IMG/VR virus record: IMGVR_UViG_3300043446_004500
Coordinates: 64,001 to 128,000 of that record
Source of the DNA: a virus
Strand: one strand, 5' to 3'
Length of the DNA: 64,000 nucleotides
This document shows positions 1-9,364 of the stretch, one piece after another. Positions within the stretch are counted from its first letter, which is position 1. Each line of letters starts with the position of its first letter. The notes below the pieces were generated by a model. That model had not been told where the DNA came from, searched no databases, and saw only the letters and a program-made list of their open reading frames with translations. The position numbers were made by a program, and so were the translations under genes.

Positions 1-2
1 CT

Positions 3-215
3 GGTGGTGGAGTTCCTACATTTGAAGAACTTAAAATAATTAAAGAACATCCAATCAAAAATCATACTCTTTTGATTGATGATATTCCTCTTTATTTTGG
101 AGATGGTCAAGAATTAAAGGAACGAATTCTGGAAATAAATACAAAATACAAATTTAAAACACACGATCCAGATACAAGACCAGATTACATTTTGGTTGCG
201 TATATTGATGAATGA
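3..215 (+). CDS. 3' end of a gene entering the window (hypothetical, part of glycosylation island)
   Basis: Open frame GGGVPTFEELKIIKEHPIKNHTLLIDDIPLYF...VAYIDE* ending at TGA 213-215. Confidence 0.6.
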   Translation, partial: GGGVPTFEELKIIKEHPIKNHTLLIDDIPLYFGDGQELKERILEINTKYKFKTHDPDTRPDYILVAYIDE

Positions 216-250
216 TGTTAGTATTACTAATTCGAAAAGAGATTTGAATA

Positions 251-1162
251 ATGAAAAAATTTATCGTAACAACAACAATCAATAGTCCAACTATTGCCAC
301 TAAAAAATTCTGCGAATTTAAAGATTGGACTTTAATAGTAGTTGGCGATACTAAAACTCCTCATCGTGAATATGAGGATTTAGATTGCATTTACTTGTCT
401 CCTGATGAACAGGAAAATATTAGTAAAGAACTTTCTGATATTATTGGATGGAAAAGTATTCAACGAAGAAACGTTGGGTTCCTCTTTGCATATCAACAAG
501 GCGCAGACATTGTTGCAACAGTTGATGATGATAATATTCCTTATGATGATTGGGGGAAAGATGTTTATGTTGGACAAGAGATAGAGTGTGACCTTTATGA
601 GTCGGAGCACGGTGTTTTTGATCCTCTTTCTGTAACTTCAAGAAATGAAGTTTGGCATCGTGGATATCCTATTGAATATGTTCCTACTCGTCATAGAGTT
701 GAGTATAAAGGTAAAACAAAACGAAAGGTTTTAGTTCAAGCAGATTTATGGGACGGTGATCCTGATATTGATGCTATGGCAAGACTTTCAATTAAACCCA
801 TTGTCAAGTATACTGATGTAACAAAACCATATTGTTCCAATCAAATTGCTCCATTTAATAGTCAGAATACTTTTCTTGCCCGTGAAGTAATTCCTTTTTA
901 TTCAGTTCTTCCGCACATTGGCAGGATGGATGATATCTGGGGTTCTTATATTCTTCAACACTATTTCCCAAATTCAGTCATTTATAATAAAGCATCGGTT
1001 TATCAGGATAGAAACGTTCAAGATTTAATTACAAATCTTGAAAATGAAATTATTGGTTATAGGAATACTTTGAAACTCGTAAATAATCTGGAAAATTATG
1101 AAGACTATCTTCCAGAAAAAGCAAAATTGTTCTACCAAATTTATAGAAATTGTTTTAACTAA
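251..1162 (+). CDS. STELLO/RGP (GT75-like) glycosyltransferase or nucleotide-sugar mutase
   Basis: IVTTTIN.PT, VVGDTKTP, RRNVGFL, DDDN (DxD), WHRGYP, DGDPDIDA, PFNSQNT, RMDDIWG motifs. Confidence 0.7.
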   Translation: MKKFIVTTTINSPTIATKKFCEFKDWTLIVVGDTKTPHREYEDLDCIYLSPDEQENISKELSDIIGWKSIQRRNVGFLFAYQQGADIVATVDDDNIPYDDWGKDVYVGQEIECDLYESEHGVFDPLSVTSRNEVWHRGYPIEYVPTRHRVEYKGKTKRKVLVQADLWDGDPDIDAMARLSIKPIVKYTDVTKPYCSNQIAPFNSQNTFLAREVIPFYSVLPHIGRMDDIWGSYILQHYFPNSVIYNKASVYQDRNVQDLITNLENEIIGYRNTLKLVNNLENYEDYLPEKAKLFYQIYRNCFN

Positions 1163-1165
1163 AAA

Positions 1166-1999
1166 ATGTCTACTACTACAATTGTTGTCACTTCAAGAAA
1201 TGATGGATATGGCGGGAACCTTGAATTACGTGGTTCCCACGCATTAAATACTATGATCCAGCATTATGATGAAGTCATTTATGTGGATTGGAATTCGCCT
1301 AATGATGATAGTCTAATTAATCACTTAACATTGGAGGGAAAGGAAAACCTTCGTCACATTCAAGTAAAAAGATCAGATATTGAAAAAATAAATCCAAAAT
1401 TACTTGAACTGCCAATAGTTGAAGTTCTTGGAAGAAATATTGGTATTCGTAGAGCAAAATCTGATTGGATTGTTTCAAGTAACATTGACATTATGCCAGA
1501 CGAACTTGACACTTCCAATCTAGAAGAAAATGTCTTTTATGCAGTGGCACGAAGAAATGTTCCAGTTCCATTTTTTCAATCTGTAGAGAAAGACTTTTTT
1601 TCATATTGTAAGAAAAACGTTAATAAGTTTGAGCAAGCATACATCATAGAAAACGAACAATGGGCAGGGCAATACAATCCCTGGTCCTTGGTCGTTTGTT
1701 GTGGTGACTATCAATTAGCACATTCAAGTCTTTGGAATAGAATGAAAGGATTTGAAGAGAGAATGATATATAGAGACTGTGCAGACACTAATGTTATGAA
1801 GAAAGGAAAAATCTATGGTGATGATTCTAGAATTTTGGATCTAGATGTTTTTCATTTGGATCATAGTGGGCACGAAATGAAAGTTGGAGGAAAGTCGTTA
1901 TTTAATAGTTGGGATGAATATGTTGTAAATTTTGAAAATACTTTTAACGAAGATAGTTGGGGATTGGTTGACTATCCATTCTTTGAGGAGATAATCTAA
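1166..1999 (+). CDS. GT-A fold glycosyltransferase
   Basis: SRNDGYGG, VDWNS, RNIGIRRA, NIDI, GDYQLAH, KGFEE motifs. Confidence 0.65.
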   Translation: MSTTTIVVTSRNDGYGGNLELRGSHALNTMIQHYDEVIYVDWNSPNDDSLINHLTLEGKENLRHIQVKRSDIEKINPKLLELPIVEVLGRNIGIRRAKSDWIVSSNIDIMPDELDTSNLEENVFYAVARRNVPVPFFQSVEKDFFSYCKKNVNKFEQAYIIENEQWAGQYNPWSLVVCCGDYQLAHSSLWNRMKGFEERMIYRDCADTNVMKKGKIYGDDSRILDLDVFHLDHSGHEMKVGGKSLFNSWDEYVVNFENTFNEDSWGLVDYPFFEEII

Positions 2000-2619
2000 T
2001 GCTAGAAAACTATAATAAAAATAAAGATGGAATAATCTATCAAGTTGATAAGACTCCATTTGACTATACTGGTTCATACAACGAATATTATAAAAAGATT
2101 GAGTCTTATAGTTGGCATACTTCATATCTTCGTTTGGGTTATATTGTTGGTTCTATTGGAAGAGTTCCAAAAAGTATTTTGGATGTTGGGTATGGTACTG
2201 GTGCATTTTTGAAAGTGTGTGAGGATGAAATTGTAGATAGATATGGGCACGATATATCTGGATGGCAAGTTCCTGATGGATGCTTTTTTGTTGAAAATAT
2301 TTTAGAATCTGAATATGATGTAATTACATTTTTTGATTCTTTAGAGCATATGAATGACATTGAGTTTGTCAAAGATTTGAAATGTAATTACGTTTGTATA
2401 TCAGTGCCTTGGTGCCATAATTTTAGTGATGAATGGTTTAAAAGTTGGAAGCATAGAAAACCAGATGAGCATCTTTGGCACTTTAATGATCAATCTCTTC
2501 AAACATTTATGAGTAGGATGGGATACGAAACCATCAATGTATGTAATTTGGAAGATATTACTAGAAAAAATAATCAACCATATCAAAATATCCTTACAGG
2601 AATTTTTAAAAAACTATGA
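1999..2619 (+). CDS. class I SAM-dependent methyltransferase
   Basis: ILDVGYGTG motif I, YDVITFFDSLEH, EHLWHF. Confidence 0.8.
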   Translation: MLENYNKNKDGIIYQVDKTPFDYTGSYNEYYKKIESYSWHTSYLRLGYIVGSIGRVPKSILDVGYGTGAFLKVCEDEIVDRYGHDISGWQVPDGCFFVENILESEYDVITFFDSLEHMNDIEFVKDLKCNYVCISVPWCHNFSDEWFKSWKHRKPDEHLWHFNDQSLQTFMSRMGYETINVCNLEDITRKNNQPYQNILTGIFKKL

Positions 2620-3341
2620 CTAAAACTTGTTTAATATATCAACCTTTGGGACTAGGTGATATCATTTGGTTACTCCCAATCGTTGATACTATTATTAAAA
2701 GTGGATATAAAGTTTATTATCCAGTTGGTGATGTTTATTATGATATGGTTTCTGAATATATTGAAAAAGAAAATTTATTTTGGGTAAAGGAATCTGATGA
2801 TTTTCCATTAAAAGATTATTATGGATCTTTTAATGTTATTGATAAAGAAGATATTCTTTATTTGCCTTTAAGATTTGCTGATAGATATATTCCAAATTGC
2901 TCTGTAATGATCTCCAAGTATTACTTTTTATCCATTCCAATTGGTGATTGGAGGAAAAGTTTTGAATTAAAAAGAAATTATGACCGAGAAATGGTATTGA
3001 TGAAAAAATATAATTTAGATGATGATTATATTTTAGTTAATAAATCGTTCGGAACTGAATATCAGAATAGAGAATTGGTGATTGAATCTGATAAGAAAGT
3101 TCATTATATGGATATTGAAGAAGATAAGAAAAATGGATTTCACCTATTTGATTGGATTGGTGCTTTAGAAAATGCTGGTGAGATTCACACTGTAGAAACT
3201 TCTCTGTGCTTCTTAATTGACAAGTATTGTTTGAATAATAAGATTCATATGTATGAAAAGAGAAAGGAATCGGAAGAAAATACATATTATAAAAATATAA
3301 ATTTGCTTTTTAGAAATCCTAACTGGGTATATGAAAATTGA
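2616..3341 (+). CDS. putative glycosyltransferase (GT-B/GT9-like)
   Basis: N-terminal QPLGLGDII motif; island context. Confidence 0.5.
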   Translation: MTKTCLIYQPLGLGDIIWLLPIVDTIIKSGYKVYYPVGDVYYDMVSEYIEKENLFWVKESDDFPLKDYYGSFNVIDKEDILYLPLRFADRYIPNCSVMISKYYFLSIPIGDWRKSFELKRNYDREMVLMKKYNLDDDYILVNKSFGTEYQNRELVIESDKKVHYMDIEEDKKNGFHLFDWIGALENAGEIHTVETSLCFLIDKYCLNNKIHMYEKRKESEENTYYKNINLLFRNPNWVYEN

Positions 3342-3702
3342 AGTTTCTAATGGAGAGATAGTAGATAAGTTTACTATACTTGAAATTAAAAAAGAAAAGT
3401 GCTATGATTCTAATAAATTATTTAATATTGAAAGAGAATTAAATTACTTGTCAATCATTGTATCATCTTTAAATGTTCCAGTAGATCTCATTGAATCTTT
3501 AAGAGATATTAATAAAAAACTTTGGGAAATAGAAGATGAGATTAGAACATTTGAAAAGAAATTTATTTTTGATGATGACTTTATATCTCTAGCAAGACTG
3601 GTTTACTATACGAATGATAAGAGATTTGAGATTAAAAACAAAATTAATAATCTAACTAATAGTAACTTTAAAGAAGAAAAAATTCTACCAGATTATGAAT
3701 AA
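3331..3702 (+). CDS. DUF6165-like protein
   Basis: EVSNGEIVDKFTILEIK, LWEIEDEIR, ARLVYYTNDKRF..K..IN. Confidence 0.65.
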   Translation: MKIEVSNGEIVDKFTILEIKKEKCYDSNKLFNIERELNYLSIIVSSLNVPVDLIESLRDINKKLWEIEDEIRTFEKKFIFDDDFISLARLVYYTNDKRFEIKNKINNLTNSNFKEEKILPDYE

Positions 3703-4036
3703 TAGAGAAACGAGACCTTGGGGTTGGTTTGAAACAATAGAAGAAGCACCAAACTACAAGTTAAAAAAGATTTATGTAAATCCGAATCAACAATTTTCAC
3801 TTCAATACCATAATAATCGTGATGAACATTGGATTATTGTTGAGGGTACTGGAGTTATTACCTTAGGGGAGGAAAAATCTTTTGCAAAAGAAAATGATTC
3901 ATATTTTATAGAAAAAAAATTAACTCACAGAATGAGTTCTGGAAATAATGGTATTTTGTTCTATGAAGTTCAGATGGGAATTTGTGAAGAAGAAGATATT
4001 GTTAGAATTGAAGATGATTATGGGAGAGTAAAATGA
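3695..4036 (+). CDS. mannose-6-phosphate isomerase type II cupin domain protein
   Basis: RPWG, SLQYH..RDEHW, EVQ.G...EEDIVRIEDDYGR. Confidence 0.85.
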   Translation: MNNRETRPWGWFETIEEAPNYKLKKIYVNPNQQFSLQYHNNRDEHWIIVEGTGVITLGEEKSFAKENDSYFIEKKLTHRMSSGNNGILFYEVQMGICEEEDIVRIEDDYGRVK

Positions 4037-4875
4037 CTATAGGATATAATCGTTTGGGATCCAATGGAAGACTTGGAAACCAAATGTTTCAGTATGCAGG
4101 ACTTCGTGGAATTGCAGCACATAAAAATTATGAGTGGATGATTCCTGAACCTGTAAGTTATGGTGATAGTAACTATGGATTATTTGACTGTTTTGAAATG
4201 TCCACAGTTGCAAAAAAGAATTTTGGATTTGTAAAAGGACAATCAATTCAAACTGGGTGCTTTCATTTCAGTCAAGAATTTTTTGATAACTGCCCAGACA
4301 ATGTAAATCTTCATGATTATTTTCAAACCGAAAAATACTTTGAAAATATAACCGACACTATTCGTGAAGACTTTACTTTTAAGAAAGAAATATTGAATCC
4401 TTGTTTAGAAATCATTGGTGAACTGGATAGTCCAATTTTTATTCATATTAGAAGGGGAGATTATGTAAACCAACCCAATAATCATCCAGTTTGTCCATTT
4501 TCTTATTATGAAAAATCATTAGAACTATTTGATAATAATTCTCCAGTTCTTGTTTTTTCTGATGATCTTGATTGGTGTAGGGAAAATTTTAAAGATGATA
4601 GATTTCTAATTCCAACAGAAAATCCCATGTATAATCATCTGTCTGATACGAATGATGGTAGAGTTAACTCATTTATTCCATATTATGATCTTTGTATGAT
4701 GTCAATGTGTTCTGGAGCAATTATTGCAAATAGCTCCCTAAGTTGGTGGGGTGCTTGGTTAATTGAAAACCCAAATCAACCAATTGTTGCTCCAATTCCT
4801 TGGTTTGGAGAAAACTATGGTCATTTTATAATGAAAGATTTAATTCCTGAGAGGTGGGTAATAAAGAATGTATAA
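4033..4875 (+). CDS. GT11 alpha-1,2-fucosyltransferase-like protein (copy 1)
   Basis: GRLGNQMFQYA, HIRRGDY, FSDD, IIANSSLSWWGAWL. Confidence 0.88.
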   Translation: MTIGYNRLGSNGRLGNQMFQYAGLRGIAAHKNYEWMIPEPVSYGDSNYGLFDCFEMSTVAKKNFGFVKGQSIQTGCFHFSQEFFDNCPDNVNLHDYFQTEKYFENITDTIREDFTFKKEILNPCLEIIGELDSPIFIHIRRGDYVNQPNNHPVCPFSYYEKSLELFDNNSPVLVFSDDLDWCRENFKDDRFLIPTENPMYNHLSDTNDGRVNSFIPYYDLCMMSMCSGAIIANSSLSWWGAWLIENPNQPIVAPIPWFGENYGHFIMKDLIPERWVIKNV

Positions 4876-5674
4876 TTTAACTTTTCTTATTCCAATTAGA
4901 ATTGAGACTGAAGATAGACTAAGAAACGTCATATCTTCAGTTTCTTATTTGCTTAAAAATATTCCAGCAAAGGTACTAGTTAAAGAGGTATCAAATCATC
5001 CTACTTTCCAATTTAGAGCAATTCCAGAAATTAAAAAGCACATAGATACGTCAAATCTTGAATATCTTTATGAAGAATCTCAAGAACCTCTTTTTTGTAA
5101 AAGCAAAGTTTTGAATGATTTGATTGTTACATCATCTACCAAAGTTGTTGCAAACTATGATGCTGACTGTATTCTCCCAATTAGTTCATATCACCAGGCA
5201 TATAATGCAATCAATGATGATCAGGTAGACTTAGTGTATCCTTATGGTTGTGGGATTTATCAATGGAGAGCAGAATATAATTCGGAGATTTATGAAAAGT
5301 TTATTAAATCTTTAGACATTTCTATTTTAGATCAAAACAAATCTCTTTCTAATTCTACGATTGGGTGGACTCAATTTGTGAATAGAAAAAAATATATTGA
5401 GTCTTATATGATGAATGAAAACTTTATTTCTTGGGGATGTGAAGATGATGAATTTTATTATCGCATGAGTATGCTTGGAAATCGTATTGGAAGAATTGAT
5501 AATTATGTTTATCATTTAGAACATTCAAGAACTCATAACTCTTGGTTTAGTAATCCAAAATTTAATAGTAACTATCATCTTTGGAATCAAATTAAAACAT
5601 TTGACAGAAATAAACTGATAAGATATTATGAAAGTCAGGACTATGTAAAAAATCGCAGAAGTCAAATACAATGA
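4868..5674 (+). CDS. GT2/GT7-like glycosyltransferase
   Basis: YDAD (DxD), NENFISWGCEDDE, YHLEH. Confidence 0.75.
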   Translation: MYNLTFLIPIRIETEDRLRNVISSVSYLLKNIPAKVLVKEVSNHPTFQFRAIPEIKKHIDTSNLEYLYEESQEPLFCKSKVLNDLIVTSSTKVVANYDADCILPISSYHQAYNAINDDQVDLVYPYGCGIYQWRAEYNSEIYEKFIKSLDISILDQNKSLSNSTIGWTQFVNRKKYIESYMMNENFISWGCEDDEFYYRMSMLGNRIGRIDNYVYHLEHSRTHNSWFSNPKFNSNYHLWNQIKTFDRNKLIRYYESQDYVKNRRSQIQ

Positions 5675-6495
5675 TTGGGTTTAATGCATTAGGTAGAATG
5701 GGACGTTTGGCAAATCAAATGTTCCAGTATGCTTCACTTAAAGGAATTGCAAAAAATATAGGAACAGATTTTTGCATACCAAATCATTCTCAAGCAATTG
5801 ATGATGGTATTGGAAACAAACTAAGGACAGAACTTTTTGATTCTTTTGATTTGAGAGTTAACGTTGGTCTTTTAAATAATGGGCACGCTCCTACAGTTCA
5901 GGAAAGGTATTTTCATTTTGATGAAGAACTCTTTAAAATGTGTCCTGATCATGTAAATCTCCAAGGTTATTTTCAAACAGAAAAATACTTCAAACATATT
6001 GAATCTGAAATTCGTGAGGATTTTACTTTTAAGGATGAAATTCTGAAACCTTGTAAAGAAATGATTTCTTCTGTTGAAAATCCAATAGCACTTCATGTGA
6101 GGAGAACTGATTATATTGTAAATAGTGATAATCATTTTAATCTGCCATTAGAATATTATGAGGCAGCACTAAATTATTTTGATAATGATCGCAACGTGAT
6201 TATTTTTTCTGATGATCCTGAATGGTGTAAGTCTCAAAAATTATTCTCAGATGATAGATTTATGGTTTCTGAAAATACAGACAACAGAGTTGATCTCTGT
6301 TTAATGTCTCTTTGTAATGACTTTATTATTGCAAATTCGTCTTATTCTTGGTGGGCTGCTTGGTTGTCCTCTAATAAGAATAAAAAGGTTATTGTACCTT
6401 TCCAGTGGTTTGGTAAAACTGGATATACAAAAGATCACGATACCAAAGATTTGATTCCCAATGAATGGACAAGAATTACTGATGGACAAGAATAA
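5671..6495 (+). CDS. GT11 alpha-1,2-fucosyltransferase-like protein (copy 2)
   Basis: GRLANQMFQYA, HVRRTDY, FSDD, IIANSSYSWWAAWL. Confidence 0.88.
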   Translation: MIGFNALGRMGRLANQMFQYASLKGIAKNIGTDFCIPNHSQAIDDGIGNKLRTELFDSFDLRVNVGLLNNGHAPTVQERYFHFDEELFKMCPDHVNLQGYFQTEKYFKHIESEIREDFTFKDEILKPCKEMISSVENPIALHVRRTDYIVNSDNHFNLPLEYYEAALNYFDNDRNVIIFSDDPEWCKSQKLFSDDRFMVSENTDNRVDLCLMSLCNDFIIANSSYSWWAAWLSSNKNKKVIVPFQWFGKTGYTKDHDTKDLIPNEWTRITDGQE

Positions 6496-7279
6496 GTCCT
6501 TATATAAACTCAAAGGAATTCCTCATATTTACTGGTTAAATTTAGATGCAGATACTCATCGTCGTGAGTATATGGAGTCGCAGTTTAAATACTGGGAAAT
6601 AGAAAATCATACTCGTATTTCTGGGTATGATGGAAGAGAAGATGATGTATCAAGTTATCTTAGGGGAAGAATTCCTGATAATGTCACTCAAAATGAGTTG
6701 GGATGTTGTATGTCTCATCTTAAGGCAATCAAACATTTTTATGAAAATAGTGCAGATGATTATTGTTTGATTCTTGAAGATGATGTGAATTTTGATATTG
6801 TAAAATATTGGAACTTTACTTGGACTGATTTTTTTGCCGAAGTTCCTTATGATTGGGACTGTGTACAGTTAACTACAATTTGCACTGGAGATATTCATGT
6901 TAAGTTGCATTTAAAATTTATTAATGATTTCTCTGCAGCAATCTATCTGATTACAAGACATCATGCATCTAAGATTATCAAGAACCACATTCGTGGTGAC
7001 AAATATAAACTTGATAATGGTGTGAAACCTAGGGCAGTTTCTGAAGATGTCATTTTAGAAACTGGGAAGACATATACAATCCCACTATTTTTGTATAATC
7101 TTCAAATGGGATCCGCAATTCATCCAGAACACATTGATATATTTCATAAAGCACCTCATGATGCATTGCTAAATTATTGGCAACAAATGGGTGCTCAGAT
7201 TAATATTAAGGAACATATGGATTATGATCCTTATCTTGGTCGGATAACCGAAAATTCATCCGCACAAAAACAAGCTTGA
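6482..7279 (+). CDS. GT25 family glycosyltransferase
   Basis: YWLNLD...RRE, ELGCCMSH, LILEDD; likely start ATG 6482 (MDKNK). Confidence 0.8.
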   Translation: MDKNKSLYKLKGIPHIYWLNLDADTHRREYMESQFKYWEIENHTRISGYDGREDDVSSYLRGRIPDNVTQNELGCCMSHLKAIKHFYENSADDYCLILEDDVNFDIVKYWNFTWTDFFAEVPYDWDCVQLTTICTGDIHVKLHLKFINDFSAAIYLITRHHASKIIKNHIRGDKYKLDNGVKPRAVSEDVILETGKTYTIPLFLYNLQMGSAIHPEHIDIFHKAPHDALLNYWQQMGAQINIKEHMDYDPYLGRITENSSAQKQA

Positions 7280-7378
7280 CACAATCCTAAAAAAATTGTA
7301 AGATAAATACCGTGATGTGACGATGCCGCAATTAATTGCAAAGTTGCATAATGTCCTATAGAACAAAAACAAATTTTT

Positions 7379-8887
7379 ATGAAACTCAAACAACTGATGC
7401 TTGCACCTGTTGCTCTGGGAATGGTTGCTCCTGTTGCTGCAAGTGCGGCAGACCTTAATATTGCAGCAATCAACCAGTACTCTACTGAACAGGTCACAAG
7501 TATCAATCAACTGTCTGATGTAAAATCTACTGACTGGGCATATCAAGCACTCAGCAACCTTGTAGAGCGTTATGGTTGTGTTGCTGGTTATCCTAACGGC
7601 ACCTATGGTGGTGGTCAAGCAATGACTCGTTATGAAGCAGCAGCTCTTCTGAATGCTTGTCTCGATCGTGTAACTGAAGTTACCGACGAACTGAAGCGTC
7701 TTCAAACCGAATTTGCTGCTGAACTTGCTGTAATCCGTGGTCGTGTAGACAAACTGGAAGCACAAGTCGGCACTCTTGAGGCAACTCAATTCTCCACGAC
7801 TACCAAACTTCGTGGTGAAGCATCCTTCGTTCTTGGTGGTGTTGATAATGCCTGGACCCCTGGTACTTCCAAGAATCCTGCTAGTACGAATGTTGGTAAC
7901 ACCGCATTCAACTATGACCTCCGTATCAACCTTGATACTTCGTTCACTGGTAAAGACCTGCTTCGTACTCGTCTGCGTTCTGGTAACTTCTCTTCCCAAC
8001 CGTTTGGTTCCAGTTCTTCACTCTTTAAACTGGATAAAGCAGAGAACACTGCTGATGCAGTCAAAATTGATCGCCTGTATTACAGTTTCCCTGCCCTTAC
8101 AAAAGGTCTGACTCTGACTGCGGGTGCTCTGGTTCGTAACACCGAAATTGCGTGGGTTCCTTCCGCATACAAATCGGATGTTCTGGACTTCTTCCAACTT
8201 GCTGGTGCTCCTGGTGTCTATAACAAGGCAACTGGTTCTGGTTTTGGTATTCAGTATGTTCAACCTAATAAGAAGGGTGGATTCGTTGCTGGTGTCAACT
8301 ATGTTGCACAAAGCGGTTCTGACTCTACCAAAGGTGAGTTTAATGAAAAGGGTGCTCTGAACACTCTTGCTCAGTTTGGTTATCGTGCTCCTAACTATGG
8401 TATTGCCTTTGGTTATCGTTATGGTACAGAAGGCACCCGTGTTCGCACTTTCAATGGACTTGCTGGTGCTTCTGGTGCCCTTGCTCCTGGTCAGACCTCT
8501 AATGGTTATGCTCTGAGTGCTTACTGGCAACCTTCCAAGTCAGGTATCATTCCTTCGGTGAGTGGTGGTTATGGTTGGAACACTGTAAGTCGCAATGCCC
8601 TTAATCAGGAAACTCCTGCTGGTGCTACTAATTCGCAAACTTGGTATGCTGGTCTCCAGTGGTCTGATGTGCTTGCAAAGGGCAACTCCGCTGGTTTTGC
8701 TGTTGGTCAACCTGGCAATGCAGAAGGACTTGATAAGGATGCAACTATGTGGGAAGCATTCTACAAGTATCGTGTAAGTGATAATATCACCATCACACCT
8801 GCTGTGTTTTATGTTTCTAACAATCAGGCACTTGCTGATACTTCCTCCAACTTTGGTGGAATTATTCAGACAACCTTTAGGTTCTGA
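7379..8887 (+). CDS. cyanobacterial outer-membrane porin (Som/OprB-type with SLH domain)
   Basis: Signal peptide, SDVKSTDWAYQALSNLVERYGCVAGYP SLH, coiled coil, QFSTTTKLRGE, C-terminal TTFRF beta-barrel signature. Confidence 0.92.
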   Translation: MKLKQLMLAPVALGMVAPVAASAADLNIAAINQYSTEQVTSINQLSDVKSTDWAYQALSNLVERYGCVAGYPNGTYGGGQAMTRYEAAALLNACLDRVTEVTDELKRLQTEFAAELAVIRGRVDKLEAQVGTLEATQFSTTTKLRGEASFVLGGVDNAWTPGTSKNPASTNVGNTAFNYDLRINLDTSFTGKDLLRTRLRSGNFSSQPFGSSSSLFKLDKAENTADAVKIDRLYYSFPALTKGLTLTAGALVRNTEIAWVPSAYKSDVLDFFQLAGAPGVYNKATGSGFGIQYVQPNKKGGFVAGVNYVAQSGSDSTKGEFNEKGALNTLAQFGYRAPNYGIAFGYRYGTEGTRVRTFNGLAGASGALAPGQTSNGYALSAYWQPSKSGIIPSVSGGYGWNTVSRNALNQETPAGATNSQTWYAGLQWSDVLAKGNSAGFAVGQPGNAEGLDKDATMWEAFYKYRVSDNITITPAVFYVSNNQALADTSSNFGGIIQTTFRF

Positions 8888-8894
8888 TAAATAT

Positions 8895-8918
8895 GGGGAG
8901 AAGTTTTTCTCCCTTTTT
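8895..8918 (+). terminator. rho-independent terminator after porin
   Basis: GGGAGAA-loop-TTCTCCC followed by T run. Confidence 0.6.
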
Positions 8919-8931
8919 TACAAATAAAACA

Positions 8932-9231
8932 ATGAAAAAGATACTTTCTACTATTGCTTTAGTTTTTATTCCATCCATTGCTTATGCAGGTCCTACCCTG
9001 ACATATGGAATTAAACAAGGTGGAAGTCAAATTGCTTGCATTCAAAAAGCAGAATCTAAACTAGCACAAATTTCTGCTACCAATATTTCAAAAAATAATT
9101 CAATAAACATTTTTGGAGAATATCCAAAAACAACCATTGGGATTATGTGTAGAAATAATGGTGAAGTTCTTGTAACAGTTGCAGGAGAAGATGCATATCT
9201 TTTTAGAGATGAAATTCTAAATGCATTTTGA
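8932..9231 (+). CDS. small secreted protein
   Basis: MKKILSTIALVFIPSIAYA signal peptide; two Cys. Confidence 0.6.
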   Translation: MKKILSTIALVFIPSIAYAGPTLTYGIKQGGSQIACIQKAESKLAQISATNISKNNSINIFGEYPKTTIGIMCRNNGEVLVTVAGEDAYLFRDEILNAF

Positions 9232-9253
9232 TAAGGTACTCATAGGTTGAGTT

Positions 9254-9282
9254 GAACCACTCCAACAGAGTGGTTCTTTTTT
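9254..9282 (+). terminator. rho-independent terminator
   Basis: GAACCACTC-caaca-GAGTGGTTC-TTTTTT. Confidence 0.75.
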
Positions 9283-9292
9283 ATGAAATCAA

Positions 9293-9325
9293 AACCTTAA
9301 CCAAATCTTAGTGGACTTTAAGGTT
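9293..9325 (+). promoter_or_regulatory. candidate cyanobacterial Pho box upstream of pstS
   Basis: CTTAACCA (9296), CTTAGTGG (9307) and TTTAAGGT (9317) at 10-11 bp periodicity; resembles YTTAAYYW repeats. Confidence 0.5.
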
Positions 9326-9364
9326 GTTTTCCAGTATTATTACTTACGAAGTTATTCACTTTTT

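Noticed and set aside
7310-7345. TGTGACGA (Yfr1-target/CRP-like) and palindrome GCAATTAATTGC upstream of the porin
   Set aside because: Matches are too short or degenerate to assign, and GTA-N7-TAC does not fit the NtcA spacing.
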